A stretch of 64,000 bases of DNA, taken from Octopus vulgaris (lineage: Eukaryota). The stretch lies in contig OX597818.1 in assembly GCA_951406725.2 (NCBI GenBank), positions 31,124,001-31,188,000 of the forward strand, read 5' to 3'. The notes below the pieces were generated by a model. That model was not told the DNA's origin, did not search any database, and was given only the letters and a program-made list of their open reading frames with translations. Positions within the stretch are counted from its first letter, which is position 1; each line of letters opens with the position of its first letter. Below are positions 28,606-42,039 of this stretch, one piece after another. Both the position numbers and the translations under genes were made by a program.

Positions 28606-29934
28606 CCATCCATATATATATATAAAAAAAAAATATATAAATAAATGTGTGTGTATATATGTATATACATATATATTATATACCCAATATCATATCTATA
28701 ATTATATACGTGCGTTCACTTTTATACATACAGACATAACCATGCAAACATACATGCATGCATACTCCCTCTCACACAGAGATATATGCATACATAAATA
28801 CGCATACACGCTAAACCATACAAATATTTCTCTGTGTAATTTATATAATGGACATTTACTTTACATGAACGCATAATTGCTTTCTGTCTTGTCTGTAACC
28901 TTTTTCTAATTATTTTACATTTATCACATGAGATATTTCTACCCATGTTAATTTGTTTTATCATTTATTATTCCGTTTGAAAAATATCTATGATCTGACG
29001 GACGAGAAAGAGATAAGGTTACCATCGATGTCGTCTTTTCCGTTTTAGATGTATTACCAATTACATTGTATAGTCTACTTAAAAAGAATCATTACTAAAC
29101 GAAATGGAAGTTAGTGAACCTGGTAGCAATAGAATCTGAATCTCCTTCAAATTACATTTTGCTGTTTCAGATCAGTCGATATGCATTAGACAATATGGTT
29201 CTAGACATACAATGTTTGAACAAAAGACGGGATGGTTATTGTTGAAATGTCTTTTGATTATTGGTCGTTCTTGGTAAGGCTTATGATTAATTGTCTAGTC
29301 TAAATAGCAACAGCAATAACAACAACAATATCAGCTGCAACTAAAAGCGTGTCTTGTCATCGATTTTGTTAAATTGATTTATTTTTCAATAGACATGATA
29401 ACAAAGTCTGGATCAAGTTTCTTGTTGATGCAGACGATCTCTCATTATAGAAACTTCGTACTTATTTCCAACAGGCTGTAAGTTAGAGCTTAAAAGTTGC
29501 CTCGATATCATTATTTGAGCCGCGAATTTAGAAAAAAAATACAGACGTGGGGAATTTGACGGGCGACTTTTGGTGCTTCCATCTACAGTTTCTTTGGAAG
29601 AGAGAAAGAGAAAGAGAGTTTACTAAGGAATAGAAAGGAGGGTGAAGTTTCCCTTTAGCGGGAGAGAACCATTCAAGGTTTATAATATTTTTCTTTATTA
29701 ATTTTATGAACGGTCTTTTTCTTATGAGCGAGAGAACATATGAAATAATCTTTTCTACTAAAGGCTTAAAGACCTGAAACTTGGAGGTATAAGACTGGTT
29801 GATTATATAATGATAAAGAGGTTCTTCTTCTTCGATTTGTTGTTTTTGTTGTTCTTGTTCTACTGTTTCTTCATCCCCCTAACTATCTACTTTGGTATTG
29901 ACAATAGATTTGCTTTGTCCATCTTTTCACAGTC

Positions 29935-30090
29935 TATTTACTGGTACTTAATTTATCGACCCCGAAAAATGAAAGGCAAAATTGACTTCGGCGGAATTTG
30001 AACTCATAACGTAAGCATTCCGGAATTTGAACTCATATAACGTAAGCATTCGTCCAGCGTGGTAACGATTCTGCCGGTTGGCCACCTTAA
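29935..30090 (-). mobile_element. SINE family A fragment with an internal tandem duplication
   Basis: Family A motifs on the minus strand; CGGAATTTGAACTCATAACGTAAGCATTC repeated at 29992-30051. Confidence 0.7.
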
Positions 30091-30446
30091 AGAACATATG
30101 AAATAATATTTCCATATAATTTAGAGAACATCTTTTCATTTTTTTTTTGTGATGAGAATTCAAGACAAACAGTAGAGCATTTTGTCGACTAGAACTTACT
30201 CTATTGCGAGAGTACAACAAGGAAGGTGGATCTGGTTAGTGATTCGCACATAACTACTTTAGTGAGTATGGTGAAGTTTATACTTAGCTGGGGAGGTTTA
30301 ATATGACCAAAACGTAATCGGAGTTTTCTCTCCTATTTGATGAAATGATTAAAACAATATTAGTCATTTAAGCTAAAGCTGTTTTCCCCCTTTCCACGTA
30401 TGTATTTCTTATCAGATTTGTTGTTATTGCAGTAGTAATGGCAACA

Positions 30447-30781
30447 TTTGAGACTCCCTTCGGTCATGACTGACCGTGGGATTGCACCTAGAAAGTTACC
30501 CTCCCAGGCACAAGTCCGGGCAAGGTTGTTTATGGAAGACCAGCAGTCGCCCATGCATACCGGCCTTCTCTCTCCACGCCCCCAGTGTTATCCAAGGGAA
30601 AGGCAACAGCAGATACAGCTTGGCACCTGTGACGTCGTAACTAATTTTCACAGCTGAGTGAACTGGAGCAACGTGAAATAAAGTGTCTTGCTCAAGAACA
30701 CAACAGCCCGGTCCAGGATTCGAAATCACAACCTCACGATCGTAGGCTCGACACTTTAACCACTGACTCATGCGCTTTCAC
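30447..30781 (-). mobile_element. tRNA-derived CORE-type SINE, family C, with 9-bp TSD
   Basis: A-box TGAGTCAGTGG, B-box TTCGAATCC, CORE-like TTCTTGAGCAAGACACTT; TSD ATGGCAACA at 30438-30446 and 30782-30790. Confidence 0.8.
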
Positions 30782-30936
30782 ATGGCAACACTAACATTAA
30801 CTAATTAGCTGAGGTCCATTTTAAAAAAAATGAATGAACTGAAATTTAGAAACTCAATCTTTAAATTTAGATAAATTGAATGGGTAAAGTATGGTCGAAC
30901 ACTAAGAAGCTTTTTAAATATTTCACAAGGTTTTAG

Positions 30937-31345
30937 GGATCTTTTCGGTTTGAACGGCAGTTTTTCTAGCGGTGTCATATGAAATTGTCACCCATAATTA
31001 TGACCCTATTATCGATCTATTGCATTTCAATCTGTTTTAGGGTTAGGGTTAGGGGTAGGGGGAAGGGTATCTTTTTTTCTTCACAAATGTAAATAAACCC
31101 AATCTGTTTCTTAAACGAGGGACATATTCATACGGCACAGAATGTTTTTTTTACCTCAATAGACGTCACTGATTGGTTAAAATTGCAGAAATTGAAGAAA
31201 AAAACAACAAATATCTTACAAACTATAGAATTTTCTATAGAGAAAAAGATATTTTATAAACACATTCTACCAGTATACGAAGTTTAAAAGTGTTTAGTTA
31301 CGTGGAAATTATTTTTAAAAACTGCCGTTCAAACCAAAAAGATCC
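30937..31345. mobile_element. MITE with 29-bp TIRs and 8-bp TSD (Merlin-like termini)
   Basis: TIR GGATCTTTTCGGTTTGAACGGCAGTTTTT / AAAAACTGCCGTTCAAACCAAAAAGATCC; TSD GGTTTTAG (30929-30936) / GGTTTTGG (31346-31353); internal TTAGGG repeats. Confidence 0.85.
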
Positions 31346-31798
31346 GGTTTTGGAGTGACTAACTAGGAATCTCATATCCTACAAGACAATTCAAAACAAA
31401 GATTACGTAAACATCGCATATACTTTTGACGTTTATTTTATTACATACCGATATTCCTTATGTCTCCATAACAAGACACTAATGTAAAAAGTGACGTTTC
31501 CTCAACTTTTCTTTCAAAAGAACACTCAAATGTCATTTAAATGTTTCAAAGGAAAGCATTTCTTCTGAAAAGGAAATGATAATAGAAAACGATTCCTTCC
31601 TGTTATCTTAAACTTCAATCATATTTTACGGTTCAACTTTCTAATTCATAATATAGAAAAGCCACTCGAGGAAATAGGAGATAAATTTATTTGATACTTA
31701 ATATACAAATGATAAAAATATTTCTTTTCATAAATATACGCACAAAGATGTACACGTACATAGAGCCATATATATAGAATACGCATACATATATAAAT

Positions 31799-31915
<117 letters not shown>

Positions 31916-32157
31916 GTCTTAGGAGGGTAAAAAGATGGGGTATTTCCGATGCAGCACTCAACCCGAGGTTTAGGTTAGCTGCACTGTCGGATTCCTGACT
32001 GATATCGAAATTCTGCAGTGTGTAGACAATCCAGATTTCACAACGGTAGAACCCTTTTGTGGCTTTAGCGAGGAATAAAATATTATACAAATAAGACAAA
32101 GACGAGAGAGAAGAAAATGATGAAGAGGTCGACGTTCTAACCACTGAACCATGCGCC

Positions 32158-32230
<73 letters not shown>

Positions 32231-32235
32231 ACACA

Positions 32236-32939
32236 TCTATTATATAAAATGCGTTCTGTCTGTCTGTTTGTGTGTGTCTTCTAGGATCTCGGGCATCCTC
32301 CATCCGATTGCGCTCAAATTTGATATGTAGATACCGACGGTGTCAGGGCGTGTATAAGTCTTGAAAAAAATTACAAAAATCGATTCCAGGTGAGAATGCG
32401 ATCGATAAAACCGTGGGAATGTGCATTTGTACGCACAAGTATATCAGCTGTTGAGATCGATACTACGCGTACGCGAGAAATATGCACGTGCAGTTTGCGT
32501 AAAAAAATCATCATACTTTTCCATCTAGATTTACCTCCAGCTAACCCATTTGCATGCATCGTTTTTGTCCTGTTTTCTTCCGTCAACCTGTACATAACTG
32601 CACCTTCCATTTTTTGTTGTTTTTGTACTGCTTAAAGGCACGTTTCTTTCTTGCCAATCTTACTGTTTAAACCGTGTTTGTGTTCTCCCAGTCAACAGCC
32701 TTGTCATTACTGGTATTTTAAACTCTTCGGTTGCATATTTGTGTGAATAAAATCGTTTTTCTTCGGAATAGAAAAAAGCCTATCTTTATTTCTTCTTTTG
32801 CTGGTGTCTCAAATTTAGGTTAAATCAGTGTTTCTCAAAGGGGAGGCCTATGGGACGGTCGGAAAAGTTGTTTTGAGAAAATTTGGTTTAAATGTTTGAC
32901 AAATCAGCACCGTCCATTGAACGTGAGGCGTTTTGCTCG
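32236..32939 (+). mobile_element. Non-autonomous Helitron-like element, ~700 bp
   Basis: Starts A|TCTATTATATAAAA, has an early (CTGT)n, ends CTCG|T (variant of CTAG|T); homologous pieces at 22561-22955 and 36054-36323. Confidence 0.7.
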
Positions 32940-32947
32940 TATACATA

Positions 32948-33069
<122 letters not shown>

Positions 33070-33073
33070 CTTG

Positions 33074-33189
<116 letters not shown>

Positions 33190-33825
33190 ATTTACAAGTT
33201 AAAAAGTATGAAACGTGAAGTTGGAGCCGTGGAAAAAGAATTCATTATGTATAATATTTACACGAGCCATACACGAGCACAGATATAAAGACATCCACAA
33301 ACTCGTATGTGAATATGCGAATGTATACGTCTATATGCACACCCGCATAATCAGTTAGATAGCTAGGCACAGCGAACGAGAGAGAGGGATAGAGAGGGAG
33401 AGAGACTGAGAGAGAGAGAGAGTTAGAGAAAGAGTGAGTGAATGAGTAAAAAAAAAAAAAAAAAAAACAAAACAAATCAAAACAAAACCAAAGAAACATT
33501 GATTTTTCCTGAGAAATGTACATTATTTTCGATGCGGATGCTATTTTATATTGCACCTGCAAAAACATTATCGAAATTGTTCAATTGTGAACAGTCTTTC
33601 ATTGGCGTCTGTGTTTTTTTTTTCATCATATAATAGTTTCTACCAAATACTATATCTTTCGTATTAAATAGTAAACATATAAACCACATCATAGGCTACG
33701 GTTATTGTAACCCTATCCTCACCTCCATTTATGAAAACATATATGCATGTACAGTATCTGCAGCTTTCATTCTAATTTAACCTCTTGTTCATTTATGACA
33801 TCTATCTGTATAACGTACGATAAAC

Positions 33826-34130
33826 GTCGCCCTTTTCAAGCCTAGCCAGGCTCATGGGCCCGGTTTCCCGGTTTCTGTGGCGTAGGTGTTCCCCCACAGC
33901 TGGACGGGATGCCAGTCCATCGCAGCGTTTCTCAAGAAACAGGAAGAGAAAGAGAGGGAAAGTTGTGACGAAAGAGTACAACAGGGGTCACCATCACCCC
34001 CTGCCGGAGCCTCGTAGAGCTTTTAGGCGTTTTTGCTCAATAAACACGCATAACGCCCGGCTTGGGAATTGAAACCGCGATCCTCCAACCGCGAGTCCGC
34101 TGCCCTAACCACTGGGCCATTGTGCCTCCA
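33826..34130 (-). mobile_element. SINE family D (V-domain-like)
   Basis: A-box TGGCCCAGTGG, centre CGCTGCGATGGACTGGCATCCCGTCCAG; related to 11905-12192. Confidence 0.7.
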
Positions 34131-34163
34131 AAATCTGTCTGTATATTTATCTAAAATATGTAT

Positions 34164-34562
34164 GAGTGGCTGTGAAGTAAGTAGCTTGCTAACTAACCAC
34201 ATGGTTCCGGGTTCATTCCCACTGCGTGGCACCTTGGGCAAGTGTCTTCTTCTATAGCCTCGGGCCGACCAAGGCTTTATGAGTAGATTTGGTAGACGGA
34301 AACTAAAAGAAGCCCGTCGTATATATGTATATATGTATGTGTGTGTATATGTTTGTGTGTCTGTGTTTGACTCCCCCCCACCAAGATCGCTTGACAACCG
34401 ATGCTGGTGTGTTTACGTCCTCGTAACTTAGCAGTTCGGCATAAAGAGACCGATAGAATAAGTACCAGGCTTCCAAAGAATAAGTCCTGGTGTCGATTTG
34501 CTCGACTAAAGGCGATGCTCCAGCATGGCCACAGTCAAATGACTGAAACAAGTAAAAGAGAG
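34164..34562 (+). mobile_element. SINE family B
   Basis: Full colinear copy. Confidence 0.85.
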
Positions 34563-34869
34563 AAACGGTAAGAATATTCGCCCACGCTCCCTTTTACAAA
34601 CACACATGTAATTTAACCTGTATATAATAATTAATGTACGAAAGTATATATATATGTAAACAGACATAAACAAATACAGCCCAATCAAATAACTGATATC
34701 AAAACTTCACTATTACAGACGTGGGTAACATGCGGCCCAAGAGACTCTGAATAGCAAGCCATACGAAAAATTACTTTGAGTCCTTTTACTTGTGCGACGC
34801 GCCTGATAATGGATGATGTCTCGTGCAGTGTGCTTCTCGTTAGAAGTTGCCTATGTCTGATCTATCATC

Positions 34870-35441
<572 letters not shown>

Positions 35442-35702
35442 TCATATCTACATATTACATATACTGCGGTGCAAATCAGCAATAATACTGCAAACTATGC
35501 AAAACGAACACATGTCCTAAACCTAATACTTGATCAACACTGAATTCATAACATATTTCTAAATTTTCACGTAATATTGCAATCGTTTAGAACAGCAAAG
35601 ACCAGTACTAAAATTTGTAAATTAATATGTTAGTGGCTAATAAATCTTACAAAAATGAAATAATTGTCAAATTTACCTAGTTCAGTAATCCATTAATCCA
35701 TT

Positions 35703-35893
35703 TGCAGATTCTTGAAATAGTTCGGATCTTTGTATTACGTTTCCGTCTGGTGTTTTGTTGAGTGCATAAGAAACAAATCTCTGAATGGAATGCTAGTCTG
35801 TCAGCGATAGGACCTTCTGACTATGTGTGTGTGTGCGTGTGCGCGCACGTGTTGTGATATTTATATGCATGTATGCATATATGTGTGTGTATA

Positions 35894-35961
<68 letters not shown>

Positions 35962-36424
35962 AGTATTGGTGTCAAGAAGACCAAAAAAGGTGTCGGGTGA
36001 CGCTAAGTAACCGCTATGGACAGACCATAGTTAAGCTTCAGGTTAGATAATGATCTCGGGCATCCCCCATTCGATTGCGCTCAAATTTGATATGTAGATA
36101 CCGACGGTGTCATGGCGTGTATAAGTCTTGAAAAAATTACAAAAATCGATTCCAGGTGAGAATGCGATCGATAAAGCCGTGGGAACGTACATTTGTATGC
36201 ACAAGTATATGAGCTGTTGAGATCGATACTACGCGTACGCGAGAAATAGGCTTATACACGCCCTGACACCGTCGGTATCTACACATCAAATTAGAGCGCA
36301 GTCGGATGGAGGATGCCCGAGATCATTATCTAACCTGAAGCTTAACTATGGTCTGTCCATAGCGGTTACTTAGCGTCACCCGACACCTTTTTTGGTCTTC
36401 TTGACACCAATACTTCTCATACCC

Positions 36425-36504
<80 letters not shown>

Positions 36505-36715
36505 TATATGTGCATATATATATATATATACACACATATATGTGCATACATGCATATAAATATCACAACACGTGCGCGCACACACACACACACATAGTCA
36601 GCAGGTCCTATCGCTGACAGACTAGCATTCCATTCAGAGATTTGTTTCTTATGCACTCAACAAAACACCAGACGGAAACGTAATACAAAGATCCGAACTA
36701 TTTCAAGAATCTGCA
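35703..36715. repeat. ~1-kb fold-back inverted duplication
   Basis: Arms 35703-36125 and 36251-36715 are near-identical reverse complements around a 125-bp spacer. Confidence 0.95.
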
Positions 36716-37307
36716 TACATACATCATGCAAAAAAAAAAATCACATTTATATAGATACAATATAATATAATATAATATAATATAATATAATATAATATAA
36801 TATAATATAATATAATATTATATTATATAATATAAAATAACAAATGGTACTATTAAAAATTCAAAAAGTACTTTTTTATACAAGAATGTATAAAAAATTA
36901 TATGTGAAAGCAAAAGACACTATGATTATTTGTTATGTCTTTGTGGTTTAGCTATCTCATCACCAATAATGTTACGACGACGTTGAAATAAGCACAAGGG
37001 TGTAGGAATAGCATTACGCAAATAAATATTTGGATATGGTTATTTAGAATAACCTTTCGCAGAATTGATATGTTCGTGCAGAACGTACTCCGTACAGCGC
37101 CAAAACGTAGGTACGATACTAAACTACCGCAGTAATCCAATACAAACGACCAACGCTGTCAGCTGCTCGCTGTCAACTGCTTACTGTCAACCCATCAGTT
37201 TTTTTATTTTTATTTAAATACGTTACTCCACTTTTGGTCACGTGTGGGTGGTCAGGATCCTTCCACAACATTATTACTATTATTGTAATTATTATCATTA
37301 TTATTAT

Positions 37308-37564
37308 TCAGTAGTTTTATTTTTATAGCGTGCTTTCACTTCACTACCGAGCGCAGCTCTGTGTGCCTTGGGTATGTGCTGTGATTTGTTGTGATGCTCT
37401 GATGGTTATTGTATGGAAAGTGTTCTGCGTAGGATGTGTGCAGTGCCTAGTAGTGCAATTTTCTGTATGTTATATGTGTTTGTAAGTCCTGGTGTTTTTG
37501 TTATGTATTTGTCTGAATATTTTTTTATCATGCCTAATGCACCTACTATGATAGGAATTGTTTC

Positions 37565-37567
<3 letters not shown>
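37308..37567 (-). mobile_element. R4/Dong-type retrotransposon, short 3' fragment (family 2)
   Basis: Hand translation TETIPIIVGALGMIKKYSDKYITKTPGLTNTYNIQKIALLGTAHILRRTLSIQ* parallels the C-terminus of the 808-aa ORF; (TAA)n on both sides. Confidence 0.85.
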
Positions 37568-37607
<40 letters not shown>

Positions 37608-37629
37608 GTTATTATTATTATTATTATTA

Positions 37630-40533
37630 CTTTTTTTTTCTTCTTTCAAATTTGCTTCCATTTCTTGCCGAGTGTCTTCCCGACTCCTAGGGCAAAGAAA
37701 CTCATAGTATACATTGGTAGACCATTAAACCAAACTCAATAGTTCGTTCTTTTTTTTTTAAAAATACATGAGCAGCAACAGTTCTCACATCGACAATGCT
37801 CTTCTCAATACGTGTGATGTACCAGTTAAGACAATCTTTTGCACTTCTTGCAGGGATGGTAAGCCAGGGATCATTCTCATATAATTTTCGGTTCCCGTCT
37901 TGATCATTCCTAGTGCTCCTACGATCACTGGTATTGTAACCGCCTTGAGATGCCACATTTTCTCAATTTCAATGAGTAGGTCTTTATATTTTCTGAGCTT
38001 GTCAAACTCTTTCGCTGAGATATTATGATCACAGGGGATGCTCATGTCGATCAATAAGCAAACTTTATTGTTTTGGTCTTTCACAACAATATCTGGTTTA
38101 TTGGCCTTGATGGTTCGGTCTGTATGTACTGGAAAGTCCCACAGAATGGTTACATTTTCTCCTTCAGTTACAGCCTCAGGGTGGTGATTATACCACTTGT
38201 CGGCAGTTTTGATATTGTAATGCCGACTTATTAGCCAGTGTAGATATTGGCCAACTCTGTCATGTCTTAATTTATACTCCACTGGAGCTAAGACTTTACA
38301 TCCAGAGATTAGGTGGTCCACTGTTTCAATCATGTCGTTGCAGAATCGGCATTTTGGGTCTGCTCCATTTTTCATCACATTGGCCTGGTAGTTCCGGGTT
38401 AATAGGCTTTGATCTTGAGCAGCCAGGATGAAACCTTCGCTCTCTGCTTTTAGCCCTGAGCTCCGTAGCCACTGATGGGTTTGCTTCTGGTCAACATCAG
38501 CTTGTTTGCTGCGGGTCACATATTTGTCGTGCAGAGGTTTCTCCTCCCACCTATCAGCCAATTGCTCGTGCGCTTTTTTCGTTGCCATTATTTTCACCTT
38601 CTTTGCAACAATAATTGCCGTACTTCCCTCGGGTTGTTCTGTTTGGGTATCCTGCACGAGATCAATAGCAAATTTTTTGCTTTCCTTTATAATAGAATGA
38701 AGCTTCTTTCGTCTCTCGTGATTTTCCACGAGCTTTAGCATCCAGTCATTCGATATTTCGAGATATTTGGCCAGTCCAATTGTGGTTGTTTTGTAAGCTA
38801 GTTCAAATTGGATCAGGCCTCGACCTCCTTGGGCTCTGGGAAGGCAAAGGCGATCTACGTCTGCCTTTGGGTGGTGCATCCTATTACAACTCAGCAGCTT
38901 GCGTATTTTCCTATCTATATTCTTTACTTCACTCATATTCCAGTTCAACACATTGTAGCTATAAGTAACAACTGGAACTGCTAAGGAATTTATAGCTAAC
39001 ACCTTGTTACGTGCATTTAGTTCAGATTTCAGGACTGCACGAACTCTCCTATAACATTCCTTCCTGATCTTCTCTTTCATGCTTGCATGCTGAATACCAG
39101 AGCCTTCATTTATCCCTAAATATTTGTATGTTTGTTCTTGCTCAAGCTCTCTTATGACTGTGTCAACATCTAACACGACTGAATTTGTGGTCTTCACTTT
39201 CCCTTTCTGGAAAGTGGCCTTGGCACACTTCTCAAGTCCAAACTCCATCCCGATGTCATCGCTGAATGCTTTCACGGTGCACAATAGGCCTTCAAGTTCA
39301 TTATTGTCTTTACCATAAAGTTTTAAGTCATCCATATAAAATAGATGGCTTATTTTTTTATTGGCAATTTTATACCCATACCCTGTTCTGTTTAATTCAC
39401 TTGTAAGGGGTATTAGGGCTATGCAGAATATTAAAGGTGAAAGTGAGTCACCTTGAAAAATTCCACAGTTGATGTTTATATTTTCTGAGGCAAGTACTCC
39501 ATTAGAGTGGTATAATTGGAGATTCGTATTCCACAACGACATATTGTGCTTCAGGAAGTTTGAAATCACAGGGGAAATTTTGAAGATGTCCAGCGATCTC
39601 AAGATCCATGGATGCGGTATACTGTCGAAGGCCTTTTTATAGTCAATCCATGCGGTGCTGAGATTTCTGCGCTTGTTGTGACAGTTCTCAAGGATCATAC
39701 GATTGATTAGCAGTTGATCTTTGCATCCGTAAGAGCCTCGGCGGCACCCTTTTTGTTCAATGGGGAAAATATCGTTCTTCCCCATGAATGCATATGTTTT
39801 CTCCGCCAGGATAGATGTTAGGATTTTATACGTGGTGGATAGACAGGTTATAGGCCGATAGTTTTTTGGAAGGTTGGTTTCGTTATTCTTTGGGAGTAGG
39901 TAAGTAATGCCACTTGCTAACCAATCAGGTGTTTTCTTTGGGTCTCTCATAATTCCATTGAGCAGCTGAACTAGCTTACCGTGTGCGCATGGGAGCGATG
40001 CGAGCCAGAAATTCGGCACCCTATCTTTACCGGGGGATTTCCAATTATGGGCCTTCGTGAGTGCCTTTCTTAGGTCTGTTATTGTGATGTCTTCCCATGC
40101 TTGTTGTAAATTTTGGTAGGATCCTTCAGTTTGTATAATCCAGTCTGCATTTATGTTGTACGTCTTCTTGTCACTCCAAATACTTTTCCAAAAGTTTTGA
40201 ACTTCTTCCATGGGAGGGGGTCTTTAACGGTTACTTTCTCCTTCCCTATTTCTCTGTAGAATTTTTTGGCATTGGATGTGAACAGCTTATTTTGCTTGTA
40301 AAACTTGTTTCTCTTCTCAAATCTTCGTATTCTTTGGGCTTTTGCTTGGACTTTTTGTTTCAGCGTTTCTTTTATTGATATCAGTTCTTCTCTTGGTGAG
40401 GATCCAAATTTTCTCTTCATCTTTCTTCCTGTTCTGGATCTTACATCATTTCCACATATTAGTTCATTTAATATTGATATTTCCCCTCTCATAAATTCAA
40501 TCTCTTTTTCAATTTTACTTCTCCAGGTTTGAT
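37630..40533 (-). mobile_element. 5'-truncated R4/Dong-type non-LTR retrotransposon (family 1)
   Basis: RT+RLE ORF, ~155-bp 3' UTR, (TAA)n tail at 37568-37629 and (TAA)n(GAA)n at the 5' junction; Dong elements are known to target TAA repeats. Confidence 0.92.
37785..40211 (-). CDS. Reverse transcriptase plus restriction-like endonuclease of an R4/Dong element (808 aa, N-terminally incomplete)
   Basis: KSPGKD, YRPITCL, WIDYKKAFDS, GIFQGDSLSP, YMDD, YKYLG; CCHC knuckle CRFC..ETVDHLISGC, RHD, PD..D (KPDIVV...LIDMSIP), K..KY; upstream frame 40151-40492 joins through one frameshift near 40215. Confidence 0.93.
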   Translation of the reverse strand: MEEVQNFWKSIWSDKKTYNINADWIIQTEGSYQNLQQAWEDITITDLRKALTKAHNWKSPGKDRVPNFWLASLPCAHGKLVQLLNGIMRDPKKTPDWLASGITYLLPKNNETNLPKNYRPITCLSTTYKILTSILAEKTYAFMGKNDIFPIEQKGCRRGSYGCKDQLLINRMILENCHNKRRNLSTAWIDYKKAFDSIPHPWILRSLDIFKISPVISNFLKHNMSLWNTNLQLYHSNGVLASENININCGIFQGDSLSPLIFCIALIPLTSELNRTGYGYKIANKKISHLFYMDDLKLYGKDNNELEGLLCTVKAFSDDIGMEFGLEKCAKATFQKGKVKTTNSVVLDVDTVIRELEQEQTYKYLGINEGSGIQHASMKEKIRKECYRRVRAVLKSELNARNKVLAINSLAVPVVTYSYNVLNWNMSEVKNIDRKIRKLLSCNRMHHPKADVDRLCLPRAQGGRGLIQFELAYKTTTIGLAKYLEISNDWMLKLVENHERRKKLHSIIKESKKFAIDLVQDTQTEQPEGSTAIIVAKKVKIMATKKAHEQLADRWEEKPLHDKYVTRSKQADVDQKQTHQWLRSSGLKAESEGFILAAQDQSLLTRNYQANVMKNGADPKCRFCNDMIETVDHLISGCKVLAPVEYKLRHDRVGQYLHWLISRHYNIKTADKWYNHHPEAVTEGENVTILWDFPVHTDRTIKANKPDIVVKDQNNKVCLLIDMSIPCDHNISAKEFDKLRKYKDLLIEIEKMWHLKAVTIPVIVGALGMIKTGTENYMRMIPGLPSLQEVQKIVLTGTSHVLRRALSM

Positions 40534-40556
40534 TTCTTCTTCTTCTTCTTCTTCTT

Positions 40557-40670
<114 letters not shown>

Positions 40671-40795
40671 GAGTGACACTGGGGTAAAATATACGAATCC
40701 CAGTATAACCATCATGACTACCCGTCTGATAAGGGTACACTAGGCACATGCATCACAACCAAATGTGCGCGACATGGTGATCTCATATCAAGATA
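40671..40795. mobile_element. Short insertion in a (TTA)n array, probable non-autonomous element or retroelement 3' end
   Basis: 125 bp of complex sequence bounded on both sides by (TTA)n. Confidence 0.45.
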
Positions 40796-40801
40796 TTATT
40801 A

Positions 40802-40838
<37 letters not shown>

Positions 40839-40912
40839 GTTATTATTTGGGGTCGATGTGATCGATTATCCCCTCCCCCCAAATTTCAGGCCTTGTGTCT
40901 ATAGAAGAAAGG

Positions 40913-40971
<59 letters not shown>

Positions 40972-40972
<1 letters not shown>

Positions 40973-41925
40973 GACGTCGCACAGTATACAATATTGTGAG
41001 GTTGTTGATTGAAGATATTGTATCTATCGGGGGTTTGTACTGTTTGTCAATTCACAACACGGACCTCTGACAGACAGTACTTTACGCAATATGCGTGCAG
41101 TTGCAAATAATGCCGACTTTTGCAATACATCTAGATTGTAGGGTATCTCTAAGGTTTTCAGATGTTTTTTTTCTGATTGAGTGGTATTGAACCCAATGCT
41201 CCGATGACAATAAGGATAACGTTTATGTTCGACTCCCGTAGCTACCACATCTTAGCGATCTCAATTCTCAGGTTTCCATATTTATAAACTTTTTCTCTTT
41301 CTTTCGTGATATATTGATCTCCTGGTACTGCTACGTCGATTATTAGGCACTTTTGTTTGTCCCTCCTAAAGGTTACTATATCCGGCCGTCGGCGCTCTAA
41401 CACTTTGTCTGTTTGGAAATCAAAGTCCCAGAGGATTTTTACCTTTCCCTTTTCGTCCATTACCTTTTCCGGTGTATGCTGGTACCAAGTACCTGTACCT
41501 CATATCCATACTTACAGTATAGTATCCAGTGAAGATTTTGGGCTACTTTGTCGTGTCTACGCTTGTACCCTTTCTGCACAAGACTTTCACAAGCACTAAC
41601 AATGTGAGTCACACTTTCGACCCTCTTCCCACACATTCTGCATAGGTCCGAGCACTTGTGTGTCATATATTCTTTTTCACTGAGTTGGTATTCAATACCT
41701 GGTCCTGGGCCGCGATGATTAGGCTTTCAGTATTCTTTTTTAGGTCACCCTTCTGGATTCACCTCCATGATGCTTCTTGGTCTTTTAATTTGTTGGTTTT
41801 ATGGTGGAACTGACCATGTAATTCCATACGGAGTAGGGCTTCTTCTCTCTCGTTGGCTGTTATTGTTCGGAATTACACTATCAGGTCTTCTTTGTTTGTT
41901 CACCAAATATTCTGCTATGTTTTGT
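40972..41925 (-). mobile_element. Decayed R4/Dong-type retrotransposon 3' part (family 3)
   Basis: Fragments LHGQF, TESLIIAAQDQ, CRMCGKRVESVTHIVSAC, RRHDKVA, KILWDF..RRPDIV..LIIDVAVP, LQKSALFATARILRKVLS across frameshifts; (TAA)n tail and (GAA)n at the 5' end. Confidence 0.88.
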
Positions 41926-42039
41926 CTTCTTCTTCTTCTTCTTTCTTCTTCTTCTTCTTCTTCTTCTTCTTCTTCTTCTTCTTCTTCTTCTTCTTCTTCT
42001 TCTTCTTCTTCTTCTTCATCTTTCGGTGTCCACAAAATA

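Noticed and set aside
31037-31067. Telomere or chromosome-fusion scar
   Set aside because: Only three perfect units, located inside a TIR element
38475-40532. Plus-strand ORFs overlapping the retrotransposon
   Set aside because: Antisense shadows of the RT ORF
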